This document shows, piece by piece, positions 26,079 through 40,493 of a stretch of 64,000 bases of DNA. Within the stretch, counting starts at the first letter, position 1, and every line of letters begins with the position of its first letter. The DNA comes from Octopus vulgaris (taxonomy: Eukaryota): assembly GCA_951406725.2 (NCBI GenBank), contig OX597823.1, forward strand, positions 32,798,001 to 32,862,000, read 5' to 3'. The notes below the pieces were generated by a model, which made no database searches, was not told the DNA's origin, and worked only from the letters and a program-made list of their open reading frames with translations. Made by a program: the position numbers and the translations under genes.

Positions 26079-26204
26079 GCCACAATGTTAAAGAAAAGTA
26101 AGAATAAAATCAAGAGGCGAAATACAGAACCAAGTATTTTCTTCCCCGATAATGAGCAGACCAAAACTACCCACTCTCCTAATGAGGAGAGCAGGCCACT
26201 TTAA
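26079..26204 (+). CDS. DGKQ: DGK-theta-like last coding exon
   Basis: aatttag|GCC. Encodes ATMLKKSKNKIKRRNTEPSIFFPDNEQTKTTHSPNEESRPL*, phase 0 as required. As I recall, ATMLKK…KRRxTEP resembles invertebrate DGK-theta tails. Confidence 0.85.
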   Translation, partial: ATMLKKSKNKIKRRNTEPSIFFPDNEQTKTTHSPNEESRPL

Positions 26205-26718
26205 CAGAGTATGTACATATTTACCTCCCTTCCTTTCCAAGTTTCTTATTTGAGCTAAAAATAATCTTTACTTCTCTACATAACACTGTTTAACTAACAA
26301 CACTAATAAATAACTTAACTATCACAACACCATTTTGTGCTTGAGTGTTACTATAGCAACAGTTCTCAGCTACATCTGTGATCTGGCTACATCTTTGAGG
26401 TTGTCCTTTTTTAAGTTTGCGCAATATTGAACTCATACGACAAAGTAGAGATGCATCAATTTGTAAATTTTATCTCAAAGTTCAAAACATTATCACTTTG
26501 TCTTGGTTACTGGAATTCTTTTAAATCAGAGAGGAAAATAACCAAATAATTTGACCAATTAATGTTAAAGCTAAGTATTCCTAAACACTTGACCATCTTG
26601 TGTAGTGGTCATGTGTCCTTTAATACTTGACTAGCTGATATAATGGTCTGCAAGGACATTGCTGGCATGAGATGTCATGGTTTATTTGTTGAGATGACCC
26701 CATATTGAAATGTGAAAT

Positions 26719-27095
26719 AGTGCAGATGTGGCTGTGTGGTAAGAAGCCTGCTTCCCAACTACATGGTTCCCGGTTCAGTCTGACTGTATAGCACCTTGAG
26801 TAAGTGTCTTTTACTATGGCCTCAAGATGGCCAAAGTCTTGTGAGTGGATTTGGTAGACAGAAACTGTTAGAGGCCTGTCGTGTGTGTCTATGTCTGTCT
26901 CCATCACTGCTTAAGAACTGGTGTTGGTGTGTTTATATTCCCATAACTTAGTGGCTCAGCAAAAGAGACTGAAAGGATAAGTACCAGGCTTTAAAAAAAT
27001 AAGTCCTGGGATCGATTCATTCAACTAAAAATTCTTAAAGACAGTGCCCCAGTATGGCCACAGACTAATGCCTGAAACAAGGAAAAGATAAAAGG
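26719..27095 (+). mobile_element. tRNA-derived SINE (family A)
   Basis: gtggctgtgtggtaagaagc…ggttcagtc… (A/B boxes). Body matches 9779-10155. Confidence 0.8.
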
Positions 27096-27395
27096 TTATA
27101 CATAAAATTCACATACTTTTTATTCAAGAAAATGTCAAAAGGCTGAAATTCCTGACCTCCTCAAAGATTCTACTGAGGCCATGCTTTCTGTAGACAGTCT
27201 TTTGTGTGGTGAGTGGTAGAGCAGGATATTATTTGCATTACTTTAGAAATATTGCAATTATGAGAATTAAGGTGAGAAAGGTCTTGTTTGATTTAATAGA
27301 GAGTGACACTGTCTAAGTCTTTTGATTCCAATGAATTGAGTGTGGAAACATTGAAGTACCTCTACTAATGTTGTAGTTCATGGTACCTTGTAGGT

Positions 27396-27729
27396 TATGA
27401 CAACAAGGGTTCCAGTTGATCTGATCGACGGAACAGCCTGCTCATGAAATCAACGTGCAAGTGGCTGAGCACTCCACAGACATGCGTACCCTTAACATAG
27501 TGTGACAAGGCTAGCCCCTTTGAAGTACAGGTACAAAAGAAACGGAAAGAGAGAGTGAGAGAAAGTTGTGGTGAAAGAGTACAGCAAGGTTCCCCATCCC
27601 CCACCGGAGCCTCGTGGAGCTTTAGGTGTTTCCACTCAATAAACATTCACAACGTCCGGTCTGGGAATCGAAACCGCAATCCTACAACCGTGAGTCCGCT
27701 ACCCTAACCACTGGGCCATTGCACCTCCA
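27396..27729 (-). mobile_element. tRNA-derived SINE (family C)
   Basis: The minus-strand head tggaggtgcaatggcccagtggttaggg…ggtttcgattcccagaccgg has A/B boxes. Second copy at 54675-55040. Confidence 0.8.
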
Positions 27730-28061
27730 CATGTTTTAGTTACTCTCTACTGCACTCAACATGAATCTCAAAATAACAGTTATAGTTATTCTCTAATTGT
27801 TGTACTGTACAGGAGAACATTTATAAGAATTATCATTGCTTTTTAACCAAATATAACAGTTATTCTTACTTTTTAACTACTGTACTCTGTGAGAATACAA
27901 TTATAACAGTTACTACCCTCTAACCAAGCATAAAAGCTATTTACACTCTCTAACCAAATACATTGTTGTTACTGTTGTTGTTATTACTTTTTTTTTCCGA
28001 CATGCTCGCAATTGTCTCGAGTTTACTACAGCGTTTTTTGTTTTGTTCTCTTCTATTTCAG

Positions 28062-28150
28062 CCTTCCCCCAAGCAACGGTGATGGCACTGTGTTTGTCCT
28101 GTAAATCTAGAATGTAAATAAAATAAAACATTATTTGGTAGTTAAAAAAA
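28062..28150 (+). other. Candidate terminal (3'UTR) exon of the DGK gene
   Basis: Strong acceptor ttttttgttttgttctcttctatttcag| at 28061, a donor-like A|gtatgt four nt after the stop (26209), and AATAAA at 28117 and 28122. The 3' end is uncertain. Confidence 0.45.
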
Positions 28151-28463
28151 TTAAAAGAAAAAAGTCACTTTTAGATCCTTGCTGAAAAGAATTAAAAAAA
28201 AAAACAGAAAAAAAAGAAAAAAGAACAAAATGCAAAAATATCAGCTGTTGTCATTGAGGTGGTCACCAGCTGTTGGTATGGTGACCACCATTGCTGACAA
28301 TATTGTGATCCCTGCACTGTTAATGTGCTGGTCATCATATTGTAGTGATCACCATACAACTATTGTGGTGGTCACCAGCTGTCTCCTAGGTATGCAACAT
28401 ACATGAATACTGGATGTGTCTGTGTGCACAACAAAAAACAAATTGACACAAACAAACAAGCGA

Positions 28464-28512
<49 letters not shown>

Positions 28513-28717
28513 TGCATACGTTTGCAGTCATTTACACAGATGCACACACAACTACACATACAGGCAAACATGCACGCACATTCACATCAATTGCAATCTT
28601 TTACGTTTTATGTATTAAATGTATATTCTGTTGAAAAAAAAAAATCCCGTGCCTACGGAGGACACCAAGGATATTTGACGGAAACAAATATATATACATA
28701 TATATATATATAAATAC

Positions 28718-28781
<64 letters not shown>

Positions 28782-30448
28782 CTATCTTTGTCCAGCAAGC
28801 TGTGGAGGGAACTACAGCATGACCATTCACCTGAGCCTTTATTGTCTGTCTGTTTGTCTAGATTGTGGGCCAACATTGTTCTGTATACAACAGATAGATT
28901 CCTGATACAAGGCCAGGTGGATAACTTGAGTCTCCTTGCTCAACAAATCAAATGCATTGCTCACCCACCCTTCGCAACCCCTCCTTAACCACCTAATTAA
29001 CAAAAAAAAATTCTTTAAAAAAAAAATAATGAATTATTATAGAGAATATACAAAAGAAAGCATACAGGCTCACACACATAAATACAAACACATGCACATC
29101 ATCATCAATGATGATTATAATTTATACACACACACTCACACACATGTGTATATATATATATTATATATATGCACATGTAAAATGAAATGAAAAATATCTT
29201 AAAATTCCACTTCCCCCACAAAAAAAGTGACTTGATACAAAGGAAATATAAACATTGTTTGTCTGAGAGACATTTCTGGTGAAAGTAGAAGAGATGGTGA
29301 AGGTTTGATATGAGAGACAGCAAAATATTGGTTTGAAAATAAGAACTAAAAAAAATAGTTATATTAATGTGTGAGACAATTTAAAAAAAGAGGAAATATG
29401 TATGTATGTATGCATGGAAATATATATATATGCATGTGTGTATATATATACATATATGTATGCGTGTTTTATACATATATATTACATTTATATATGTATT
29501 TATATATATGAATGCATACATATATACATGTAGCAGCACATAGTCGCACATTAAAATGCATGGATGTAAGAATGAGCTTTAATTAAGTGTGATAATTGGT
29601 GACTAATGCTACCACGACAACCCACATTACTAGACCTAATTATGTCAGGTAGCTAAACTAGATGGACACTTAACAACAACAACAACAAAATACCCTCACT
29701 CCGCAAAAAAAAAAGACAAAAAGCAACCAAAACTCCCCTAAAATTCCAGAAAAGAAAAAACTAATCTTAACCGATCATGTCCCTAATGTTCTATTTTATC
29801 ATGATATGTCCATGTTTCTCCCAAGCCTCCATGTCTTATTATTATTATTATTACTGTTATTATTATTAATAGAAATTATTATAATTTTCTTGTACCTGAT
29901 CATGTCCACCCCTCCATATTTGTTCTATTGGTCATGTCTTCCCATGTTCTATTTTATTATGTCCCTCTAACATCCATCCCTCTGTCTTTGCGTTCTGTTG
30001 ATCATGGCCCAGTCACTGCTCCCTCCCTTCCCCCCACCCCTGCTCTAATGTTGTTGGGTTTTTTTGGGTTTTTTTTATGTCTGATGTATAACTCTAATTT
30101 ACCTTGTTGAGGGAAAAATATTATCACTTAATCTGTGATCTAATTTCTTTCTCTGTGAAGAAAGATTCTATTTGGCATTCAGCCCTACAAACATCTGCAG
30201 TAAGACTTTCAAAGCATTCACTCCAATACTACCATATTTCCAACATGACTTTTTACTCCAAGACTTATTTATTCTTTTTCATTTCCTTCTCCTACCTTCA
30301 CACCTTCCCCTACACTTCCACTAAAAAAAGAAAAACCCACTTTTCTCATCATTTACCATTTATTTATGTTTTCATTAAATTTTTTTTTTTTGCATACAAC
30401 TTCCATCACCCTCTCAAACTTATCTTTTACACACACACACACACATAT

Positions 30449-30506
<58 letters not shown>

Positions 30507-30776
30507 AGAACAAAAAATATTTCATAACAAAATTTAATCTTTTAATGATAGTTGCAACTTTTCTTGGACACTGAAAGATGGAAGTCTTTTGGCACACTTT
30601 TGGCTTCTACTGTGACATTCATGCATATGATATGTATTTACATACATACATATATACACGCATAGGACATACACACACACATATATATAAACATATTTTT
30701 TGCTTTTGTAAATTCAAATATATATATATATATATATATATACTGATGTACTTCATTTGGTAGTTAGTTGGATAAT

Positions 30777-30855
30777 GTTGATTCTGTTTCGATCCCAAAA
30801 GAATCGGTTCATTTGTTGAGAATAGATTCATTTTTAGGATCAGAACAGAATTAAC
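30777..30855. other. 79-nt imperfect hairpin (pre-miRNA-like or ADAR-substrate-like)
   Basis: gttgattctgtttcgatcccaaaagaatcggttc / loop / gaatagattcatttttaggatcagaacagaattaac. About 31 pairs by eye. Confidence 0.5.
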
Positions 30856-30982
30856 TCTATGAACAAGAGACCAATATAATGAAAGCAGTTCAGAATCTAG
30901 GTTTAAGCCATATATTTGATAATTACAAGAACCCCTAATACATTTGTTTTAGAGGTCCTTGTAAATATATAAACACATACAG

Positions 30983-31013
<31 letters not shown>

Positions 31014-31327
31014 TATATGCACATACATGAACTTGTATGTGTGTGTATCCATACATACATAAGTATATAGAAACATCTGTGTATGCACATATATTGCTGT
31101 ATGTATGTGTGTAGCAACTTATTGTATGGTTTTATGATACAAATAATAATAGAAACAGCTACAATAATAATTAGAAGTGGATAATATGTTTGTAGACAAC
31201 ACTAATTAGAAGACTAATTAAACAGCTTATTTTTATTAGGCCACTATCTTCCAATAGCAGTATTGTCCCAATCTACCCTCTATATAAGGTATGTGTGTAT
31301 GTATGCATATATGTGTATGTATGTATG

Positions 31328-31389
<62 letters not shown>

Positions 31390-31682
31390 ATGTATTCTTT
31401 AAGATATGATAATGATATACACACATGCTTATATATATGTATATATATTTATGTGTGTGTGTGTGGCATTTGATTTGCCTATCTGATTTGTTGCTCTCTG
31501 CTCTAAAAAATCACTGGCCACATTTATATTGATCACTTTCCTTCACTTGCCATTTCTAATGTTCTTGATCAAATTCTGTAAGAGTTCACTCCACTTTTCA
31601 CCCGTCAGGGTTAACAAAATCACCCACTATTTAACACCCTGAGCCCATCTTGGGCTGAGTTTCTTCCCATGTCTGCAACATT

Positions 31683-31833
<151 letters not shown>

Positions 31834-32080
31834 GTACTCATGTGGATATCTCTTCTCGAAGGGGACGGACACACACATTCATGCACAGATCTTTAATTCT
31901 GGAAAAAATTAATCAGTAAAAAGTTTAATTTTTTATTAGAGTAATCATCACTAATTTAAATTGTTAGATGATTAATGAAAAAATATAGATAAATGATTCT
32001 GCATAACTCTGTGTGGATGGGGGGTTTGCATGTGTATTTGTGTACACAAGATATCATTTAAAACACAACTACAACTTTAA

Positions 32081-32297
32081 CCCTTTCATTACCAACCCAG
32101 CTGAAACCAGCTCTGGCTCTGAGTCTTGTTTTCATAAGTTTTGAATTAAATTCTTCCACCAAACCTTAGTCACAATTTATGTTCCTAACACTAGCTGAAT
32201 GATAACTAAGTTATTTTACTAAATTCTTTGTTATATTTAAAGTAATTGAAAGAAACACAGAGCATCTCAAAAAAAAAAAAATACTGTAACGAAAGGG
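32081..32297. mobile_element. TTAA-flanked piggyBac-type MITE
   Basis: TTAA|CCCTTTCATTAC…GTAACGAAAGGG|TTAA, a 12-bp TIR with 1 mismatch. A similar internal sequence occurs at ~13540-13620. Confidence 0.8.
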
Positions 32298-34731
32298 TTA
32301 ATGATTCAGTCAACTATAATTAAGAACTTTATGTTTACTACATATAGATTTTTTTTTTTATCTTAGTTCAGAGTGTACTATGGATGGTTGAGACATGACC
32401 TACTAAATAATGAAATGATGATGATGGTCCTAAAATGTCAGTTTGACTGGTTTGGAACCAGAGCATATGAGTTGGAGATCACTGAGGAACCAGCTAAAGG
32501 ATAGGAAGAGTAAAGGATAATAATTATTATTACTATTATTATTATTAGGTTTTGAATTTTGGCAAAAGGTGGAGAGCTACACTTGGTTAATTTGAACCCC
32601 AGAACATAGCAGGTACTTATTTTTGTCATCCCTGAAAAGATGAGAAATGGAATTGATCTGAGCAGGATTTGAACCTAGAACTAGATATTGTAATGTCTTT
32701 AAGTCTCTCACTCTACCATTCCTGCTGTTCCAACACACTTTTATAAATTAATAATAATGATAATTATTTTAAAACTAGATTCTAAATTATTACTTTCCAT
32801 TTCATTCACTATATATTTCTTCAAATACACACACACGCACATATACTCAATTATGCACCCACATACAGGTACATACACATCTACACAAAAATATAAACAT
32901 ATATATAGATGCATACACATGCACTCATACATATGTTCTAAGATTTACACACACAGACACACACACACACACACACATATGTACATAAACATGAAACACA
33001 TCATTTATTCATTTGTCTACAACTATATGTTGCTCTGTATATGTGTGTGTGTGTGTGTACTGCTTAGTTGAAGTTGATGATGATGATGTTTTTTTCCCTT
33101 CTATATTCCTCTACCTTTCACTTTATAACTGCTTGTTTTAGTCCTTTGCAGTTAAATGGTGGCTGCCCCAATCACACACACACACAATTATATACATTAA
33201 ACTGTTTAACTCACCTGTATTAACTGAACTTCTCTCTCTTTCTGTGTGTGTGTGTGTATGATTACATACACAAATGTATGTACATTATGTATTTGTGTGT
33301 GTATACACACACTCAAACATGTACCATGTAAACATGCAACACACACATGCATGTATATTAACCACAGTTTGATAGGAAACAGGATGTCCTAACTTGTCAT
33401 TTTCCAGTTGATTGTATAATTTATAATAGTTTAGTAGTGATGGTCATGGCTGAATTTAAGGGAAGGATCTACACAGAATCTAATGAAACCAAGATAAGGA
33501 AAGTATTTTATTTAGTGTGTCATTCAATCTTGGTTTGGTGTCTTAATGAGACTATCTTAATCTGAAAGCTGATTATCATAAATAATACGCAAACACTGTG
33601 AACTAAAACCAGAGCCAGATTAATTAGTTTTGTAAGGAAAATAAACATTTGTTTAGGTAACCAGAGGAAGAGGCTAACACACAGTGTTGGTGCCATATGA
33701 ACATTGTGCAGACAGTGTGGCTGAACCAGGACTCAAATATATTGAAAATTTGCATTTTGCTTTGTTACTCTTTTTATGAGTAAGCAAACTGCTGGTGTTA
33801 TTTACTGCTATTTAAGGATCAGTAGCATAAGAAAACAAAAAACGCTATATGATTATGTTTAATATACTTTATTGGTCTGGCTTGGAAGAAAACTTAATTT
33901 TTAATCTGTTGAAATTTAGCACTTATGTCTTAATGTGTTGTAAGACAGACAGTGGAGATGTTGGAATGACACTATTGTTTGGCTGTGATTAGGGCATTAG
34001 TTGGTCTTAATCTAGGACAAACTATAACATACAGCTCATGTTGTAGCTTGTTATTTTAGTTGTTGGGAAATGAATATATTGAATAAATATCTGTCTTGTT
34101 TATACCTTGGAAGTATTAACTGTTTATTGAATACAATCTCTGTGTGTGTGTGTGTTTTCAATCTTTAAATTTATTTTGTTGATCCCTTCAGCACTGAACT
34201 GTCTGCTTGAACACAAATTGTGTTTCTGCTTTAAATTTGAGTAGTTACCAGAAGAAAAGGCATTTAGTTCTGTAATTAATTTTTTTTTTTCAATGTGTTG
34301 TCCCCAAAATATGTAAATATATATCTGTTGAAAAGCTATCCTAGCCATGTTTCTTTGAGGAACATAATGGAAGTAAAAACGAACAAGTATTTCACCAAAA
34401 CATCCCCAAATGTCTGTGATCAATGACATTATTTATTTCTTATGATTGAAATATGTCTTCCCTTTCCTGTTGGACGTAAACAAGGTATATGGTTGTAGAG
34501 AATGGAAAATAAGGTTAGCTTCATAACAAAGACCAGTTAGAAGTTCATAATTCACAGGGCAGAAAGAATTACACACACACACAGAGCTTTTCGGTATAAT
34601 ATGGCACTGACAGAAAACATTTTGGTAAAAATGTTCATGATGATAAATATTTCAGTTTTTAATTATGGATCAGGAAATGAAGACTTGTTTTGGTTCTTTC
34701 CCCTCATTGTTTTTTCTCTGTGTGTGTGTGT

Positions 34732-34771
<40 letters not shown>

Positions 34772-35344
34772 ACATGCATACACATGCATTCACCTCTTTC
34801 CATCACTTGGTTACATTTGCTAATACTAAAACATTTTATAAATATTTATTTTTGAATAAATATTCTTCCCATGTTCCTCACAGTTCATCATCAGGTGATA
34901 GCAGAAAGTCAAACTGACCATGAATCTCGCCAGTAACAGAGAACCTGCAATGTGTACAAGCACTGGCTCTCTGCAGATATGTCTTGCACAAATCTGGCTT
35001 AAGATAATCAGATTACTGTCAGACTAACTTCAAGGTCTCTAATTGAGCTTAGTTTCTCCACTGGTTCAGGCTTACTCCAGCAAACTGATAATGTCTCATG
35101 GATTGCCAGTTCATCTTTTACTGGGACTGCTTTTGTTGAGTCTCTGAGACAAGATATTTTGTTCTACATTACCTTGCTTTGAGATAAAGAAAGTCATCTG
35201 TGATATGCTAGTATTACTAGCCAAGGGGAGATTTGTACCTCATCTGCTAAATGCTACAGGAACCAGAGTTAATCACACATGTCATTTTTCCATGTGAAGA
35301 GAGTATGAGATACCAATTGTTGCTATTTCTGTAGGAGCAGGTTT

Positions 35345-36215
35345 ATTTTCTTATTTCTTTATTGCCCACAAGGGGACAAACAAGGACAGACAAAGGGATT
35401 AAGTCGATTACATCAACCCCAGTGCGTAACTGGTACTTAATTTATCAACCCCGAAAGGATGAAGCGCAAAGTCAACCTTGGCGTAATTTGAACTCAGAAC
35501 GTAATGGCAGACGAAATAGCGCTAAGCATTTCATCCGGTGCACTAACGTTTCTGCCAGCTCGCCACAGGTTTATTTTCTTGGCCTGTTTTAGATTATTTG
35601 TTATTCATAATACTCTCTCTCTCTCTCTCTCTCTCTTTACTTCAGGTTCTGTAAATTGAATCTGTTCATAGAATAACAATAATTTTAACAATGACAGCAA
35701 CACTTAATATATACATATTCCTTAAATAGTTGAAAAAATTTTTCCTTTTTTTTCAAGTTCCAAGTTCAGTTCCTGTCAGGTTCAGCTTCATCTTTCATTT
35801 TTCTGGGGGTCAATAAAATAAAGTACCAATCAAGCACTGGGGTCAGTGGCATCAACTAATCCCCACCCCACTTCAAATTGGTAGCTAAATTAGCAACATT
35901 ATTATTATTATAAAGGTGGTGAGCTGGCAGAATGGTTAGCATGCCAGACAAAATGCTTAGCAGCATTTTACCCATCTTTAGGTTCTAAGTTCAAATTCTG
36001 CCAAGGCCAAATTTGCCTTTCATCCTTTCAGGATCAATAAAATAAGCACTGGTGGGGCCCTGGGGTCAAAATAATTGACTAATCCTCTTGACCAAAATTT
36101 CAGGCCTTGTACCTATAGTAAAAAGAATTATTATAATCATTATTATGGGGGTGATATAATTGACCTACTCCTCCCACAGAATTACTGGCCTTGTGCCCAA
36201 ATTTGAAATCATAAT
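35345..36215. mobile_element. Family-B SINE cluster with opposite orientations (35345-35565 minus; ~35760-36215 plus)
   Basis: 35345-35565 is the reverse complement of 14784-15015. 35913-36130 is a direct copy of the family. Confidence 0.75.
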
Positions 36216-37466
36216 CATCATCATCATTATTATTATTCATGGTTTAAGAACTACATCAAGAATTTCTTACATTAGAATAAATTGCGTACATTTTATAAAT
36301 CATCCATGAAAATGTAAAATGTGTGAGAATAACTGTAACCATATTTATAGTTCCTGGTATTTTCTAGAACATACCTATGTGTATCCTGGCATATAATGTC
36401 AGTGTCTCTGGGGATATGTTTATATATAAATCTTTATTCAAAGGCATTGATAGGTTGTACCCGATGGATACACACCATAGTGTTAATTTAGCGTATTAAT
36501 ATTAATTTATTACTGCTGATATTGTAATTGTTTATTATTGACATGAAAGCAGATGGCAGAGCAGTTGAACTAGTAAAATGAATTTCTGTGTAAAATAACA
36601 CTAAAAGTAAAATATTTTGGTTTGGTTTGGAGATAGATAGAAGAACAGAGATCTGTGTGAAGATCCCAATACAAAATATTTATTACGGCTAACATAAAAG
36701 TATAGTTGTTATGACAAACAACAAAAAGAGGTCATTTAAACCAAGTGAACAGCAGATCGTGTGAGATGTGTCAGCCATGTTTGTAAACTGTAGCAGTTAT
36801 TATCATGTAACCAATGTTGAATTCATATAGGTATGATCTTGCCTGGGCTGCAACCACTGACTAGTTAGCATATAAACAAATGTGTATGCAGGCAATGTCT
36901 GTTAAAGAAAAGGCACCAAAGATAAAAGTATTAATGACATCTTGTTTCTACAAGAGATTTGAGTGGTCAGTTGTTTATGGATGTCATCAATCCTTGACAG
37001 AATCCTGTTTGTGTTATTTAGTTATTTTAATGTCAAACAGTGATTCAGGTTTGATTCCTAGACAGTGAGTTGATGTTTGGGACTTTGCCAAATGTTCCTG
37101 CTATAGTGTATACTATCAAGTATATTTGGGGACAAAGTCCATCATTTAGAATCTCCTTTTCTGCTACTCCAAATATCTCTGACTTTCCTCTACATGCTAT
37201 CATCAGTATTAGCTGAAACATTACCGTGTCATACAAAATACCTGCAGCATTTGTTCCAACTCTTTGCATTCTGAAATTATCTTTGTCTTTCATGCCTCCC
37301 CAGTTGATAAAGTAATGTACCAAACACACACACACACACATGCTCACACATCTAAGAATATCTGGTATCATAGAGAAATATAAGAGAGAGATAGCCAAAG
37401 TTGACATCACAAACTCTGGTAAAGTTGTTTCCAACTTGCTATTTATTTTATTTATTTATTTTGTGT

Positions 37467-37506
<40 letters not shown>

Positions 37507-38419
37507 TGTTTTTTGTTTTGTTTTTTTCAATAACTTATCACTGCAGTCCTGGTTGTTTCCTTACACCTACCTGGAGGAGCTTTGATAAAAGTCTCCTGCA
37601 GACTGTCACAGTAGAAATACACTATAGCAGAGAAAAAAAAAAGGTTGCGGATGAAATTTGGGAAGCATATTTATAAAATATCCCCTCCCTTTTTATCAAA
37701 ACAAAAAAAAAAAAAATACTAAATATTTTCCAGCATTGATTTATATAAAATTGACTGCATTAAAAGGTGCCAGCCCATAGCCATATGACATATACTTAAA
37801 GATTACAGCTTTCTTTGTTTACCTTTTTATTCTTAATGGTGTGTGTGTGTGTGTGTGTGTTGTTACTCCTGCAGGGGTACTCTGGTGTGAGCTAGTGTGT
37901 TTTCAGAGCAAATAAAGGACTCTGAATAAGGATTTCCATCCTGATACCACTCCCCACCCCTACCTCCCAATACCACTCTTCACTTGTTCACACTTGCAAT
38001 GCATGTATAGGAACAAAGTCAAATCATAAGAAAATGTGCGTGTGCAAACACTCACTCATGCATACACATATATACACACAAACAATTTTAGGAAAAAATA
38101 TATGTATGTTTGTATACCTATATGTGTGTATCTCTGTGTTGATCTATCTACACACACACACACACATGCATACAGATGCACACACATATTTCTGAATGAA
38201 TGTCTCATCATTGTTTTAAGATTCACTTCTCCATGCTTGCATGGTTGGGTCGGGGGAAATTTGTTGCTGCATATTTTCAACGATCACATGCGTTTTCTGT
38301 TGTCAACTCTCACCTCTTTCCAAACAAGGTAATATTTCTCCATAGTTGGACATGTTTTCACAGAAAATTAGAAACGAAGCATGTTTGCATGTATGACAGT
38401 GATGCTCAGCTATGACCAT

Positions 38420-38660
38420 AAGGTAAAGATCCTTCCTGACTCATATAGACTCATCGGGCTGGTTTCCCGGTTTCCGTGGTGCATGTATTTCTCCCCTAGA
38501 TGGGATGCCAGCTCATCACAGGTTTATTCATTTTTGATAATTGATTGGACTTGAGCACTGTGAAATGAAATCTTTGGCTCAAAAACACTGCATTGTCCAG
38601 TCCAAGAATCGAAACCACAATCTTATGAACAGGAGTCCCACACCTGAACCACTAAGCCAT
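38420..38660 (-). mobile_element. Probable tRNA-derived SINE (additional family)
   Basis: The minus-strand head tggcttagtggttcagg…ggtttcgattcttggac has A/B-box-like motifs. Confidence 0.5.
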
Positions 38661-40297
38661 AAACCACATTTACAACTGTCACACAGTGTCATGGATACAG
38701 AGAAACAAATACACACACACATACACTCATTCATTTATGTACGTTGAGATTCTTTCAGTTTATATGGTCCAAGGTGCCACACAGTGGGTTTGAACCTGAC
38801 ACCACATGGGTAGGGAGCAAACTTCTTAACCACCTGCACATCTATCATATATAGGTGTGTGTATATACATTTTTGTATGTCTGTATAGATATATATCTAT
38901 ATATATGCATGTATATACATGTGTGTATATGCAAATATATAGAGATGTTTGTATAAATATATATATTAATATGAATGTATACATGAGTGTATATACATGT
39001 ATTTGCGTGTGTTTGCATGTATATGGTTGTATGTATATATATATATATATATATATATACATACACACACGTGGATGTGTATATGTATGTATATAATACC
39101 TATATATATATAGGAGCCTAGCACAAATGCATTTTATATGTGGCCCTGAATCAATGTGAAAACTACTATTTAATATGTTTTAATCAGAAGATTCAACACT
39201 TCTCAACCTTCAGTTACTCCACATTTTTTCTGATATCTCTGCTCCTCTTTTATTCTTTGAACTCATCCCAACCAATAAATTGTGACCATGCTGGAGCATA
39301 GCTCTTGTGATCTTTATTGCTTCTTTGTGGTTTTGCTTTTACTTATCAGTTTGTTTTGTTTTTTGCAAATTCTTAGCCCCCCCCCCACACACACACACAC
39401 ACATACATATACCTTTCCTTTGTGTTTTTGTAGTTTTAATTTTGTCCTCCTCCTTCCAATCTCTCTCTCTTTCTCTATTCTCCTCATCCTTTTACCCCCA
39501 TAACCAGTCTTCTTTTGTTTTTTATATTTGCTTTTTTAATTTCTACAACAAAAAAATGAACAACTTTTGTTCTGGTGTTTCTATTATTCTTTTTCTGTAG
39601 TTCTGACTTTGCTGCTGTATGCACTCATATGTACACTTGTAACACAAGATGTTGTGTGTGTGTCTATACACACTCGCACATATAAATCACATAATACTTC
39701 TCGAACAAACTACAAATTTGGAATATTTATGAGTGTGTGTGTGTGTGTACACATGCTGATAGGAATGGAACCAGACCATCTGGAAATATTACCTGTCAGA
39801 GACTATTATACGATCCAAAGCTACATTTATCTCAGACAATTGGCCTTCACTCTCTTATGTTGTCATTGATACATTTAACATTGACAGGGGAGATAACTTA
39901 CCTGGTGCAGTAGAAGGCTTGGTATGGAACAACCTCGTCAGCCTGTCGTCAGTCAAAAGATATTTGTGTCTCTTTACATTCTGACTTTAAATTCCGTCAA
40001 AGTCTACTCTTGTCTTTCATACTCAGGGGTTGATAAGCTAAGCACCAGTCCTGTTCTGTGATCCACTCCTCCTAAAATTCTTTGTCTTTCGTCTATATTA
40101 ACAAGCACTATTTCACTTCTTTTACAATCTTAATGATATTAGAAGAGGTCTGAATGTACAAGCTTCCATTATATACTGCAGCTAAAATATTAATTAATGC
40201 TTAATTAAGAAGTTATTTCAGAGATGTACTTGCCAGGCAAGTTATCTGAGACCAATTGTTGAAACTAAAATAACTACAGTATGGAAGACATATATTG

Positions 40298-40493
40298 GCC
40301 ATTCAAAAGCACGTAAAGCTTATCTTCTCTCAAACATTCATTACTTGGTGTCAAAATTTTCATTGGACTAACTGCAACGTAGTGACTTGTGGAACCACAT
40401 AAGTAACCTGGTCACAGTTGGTGTAACAAAAATTTTGACCCCAAATAATAAACATTTAAGTGAAGTTAACAGTTTTTATTGTTTTTCAATGGC
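40298..40493. repeat. Old imperfect palindrome (foldback/MITE-like)
   Basis: Matching arm segments: gccattcaaaagca/tgtttttcaatggc, ttggtgtcaaaatttt/aaaattttgaccccaa, aactg/cagtt and gtgac/gtcac. Confidence 0.6.

Noticed and set aside
27650-27729. tRNA gene
   Set aside because: It is the tRNA-like head of a SINE, continuous with a repeat body that recurs at 54675-55040.
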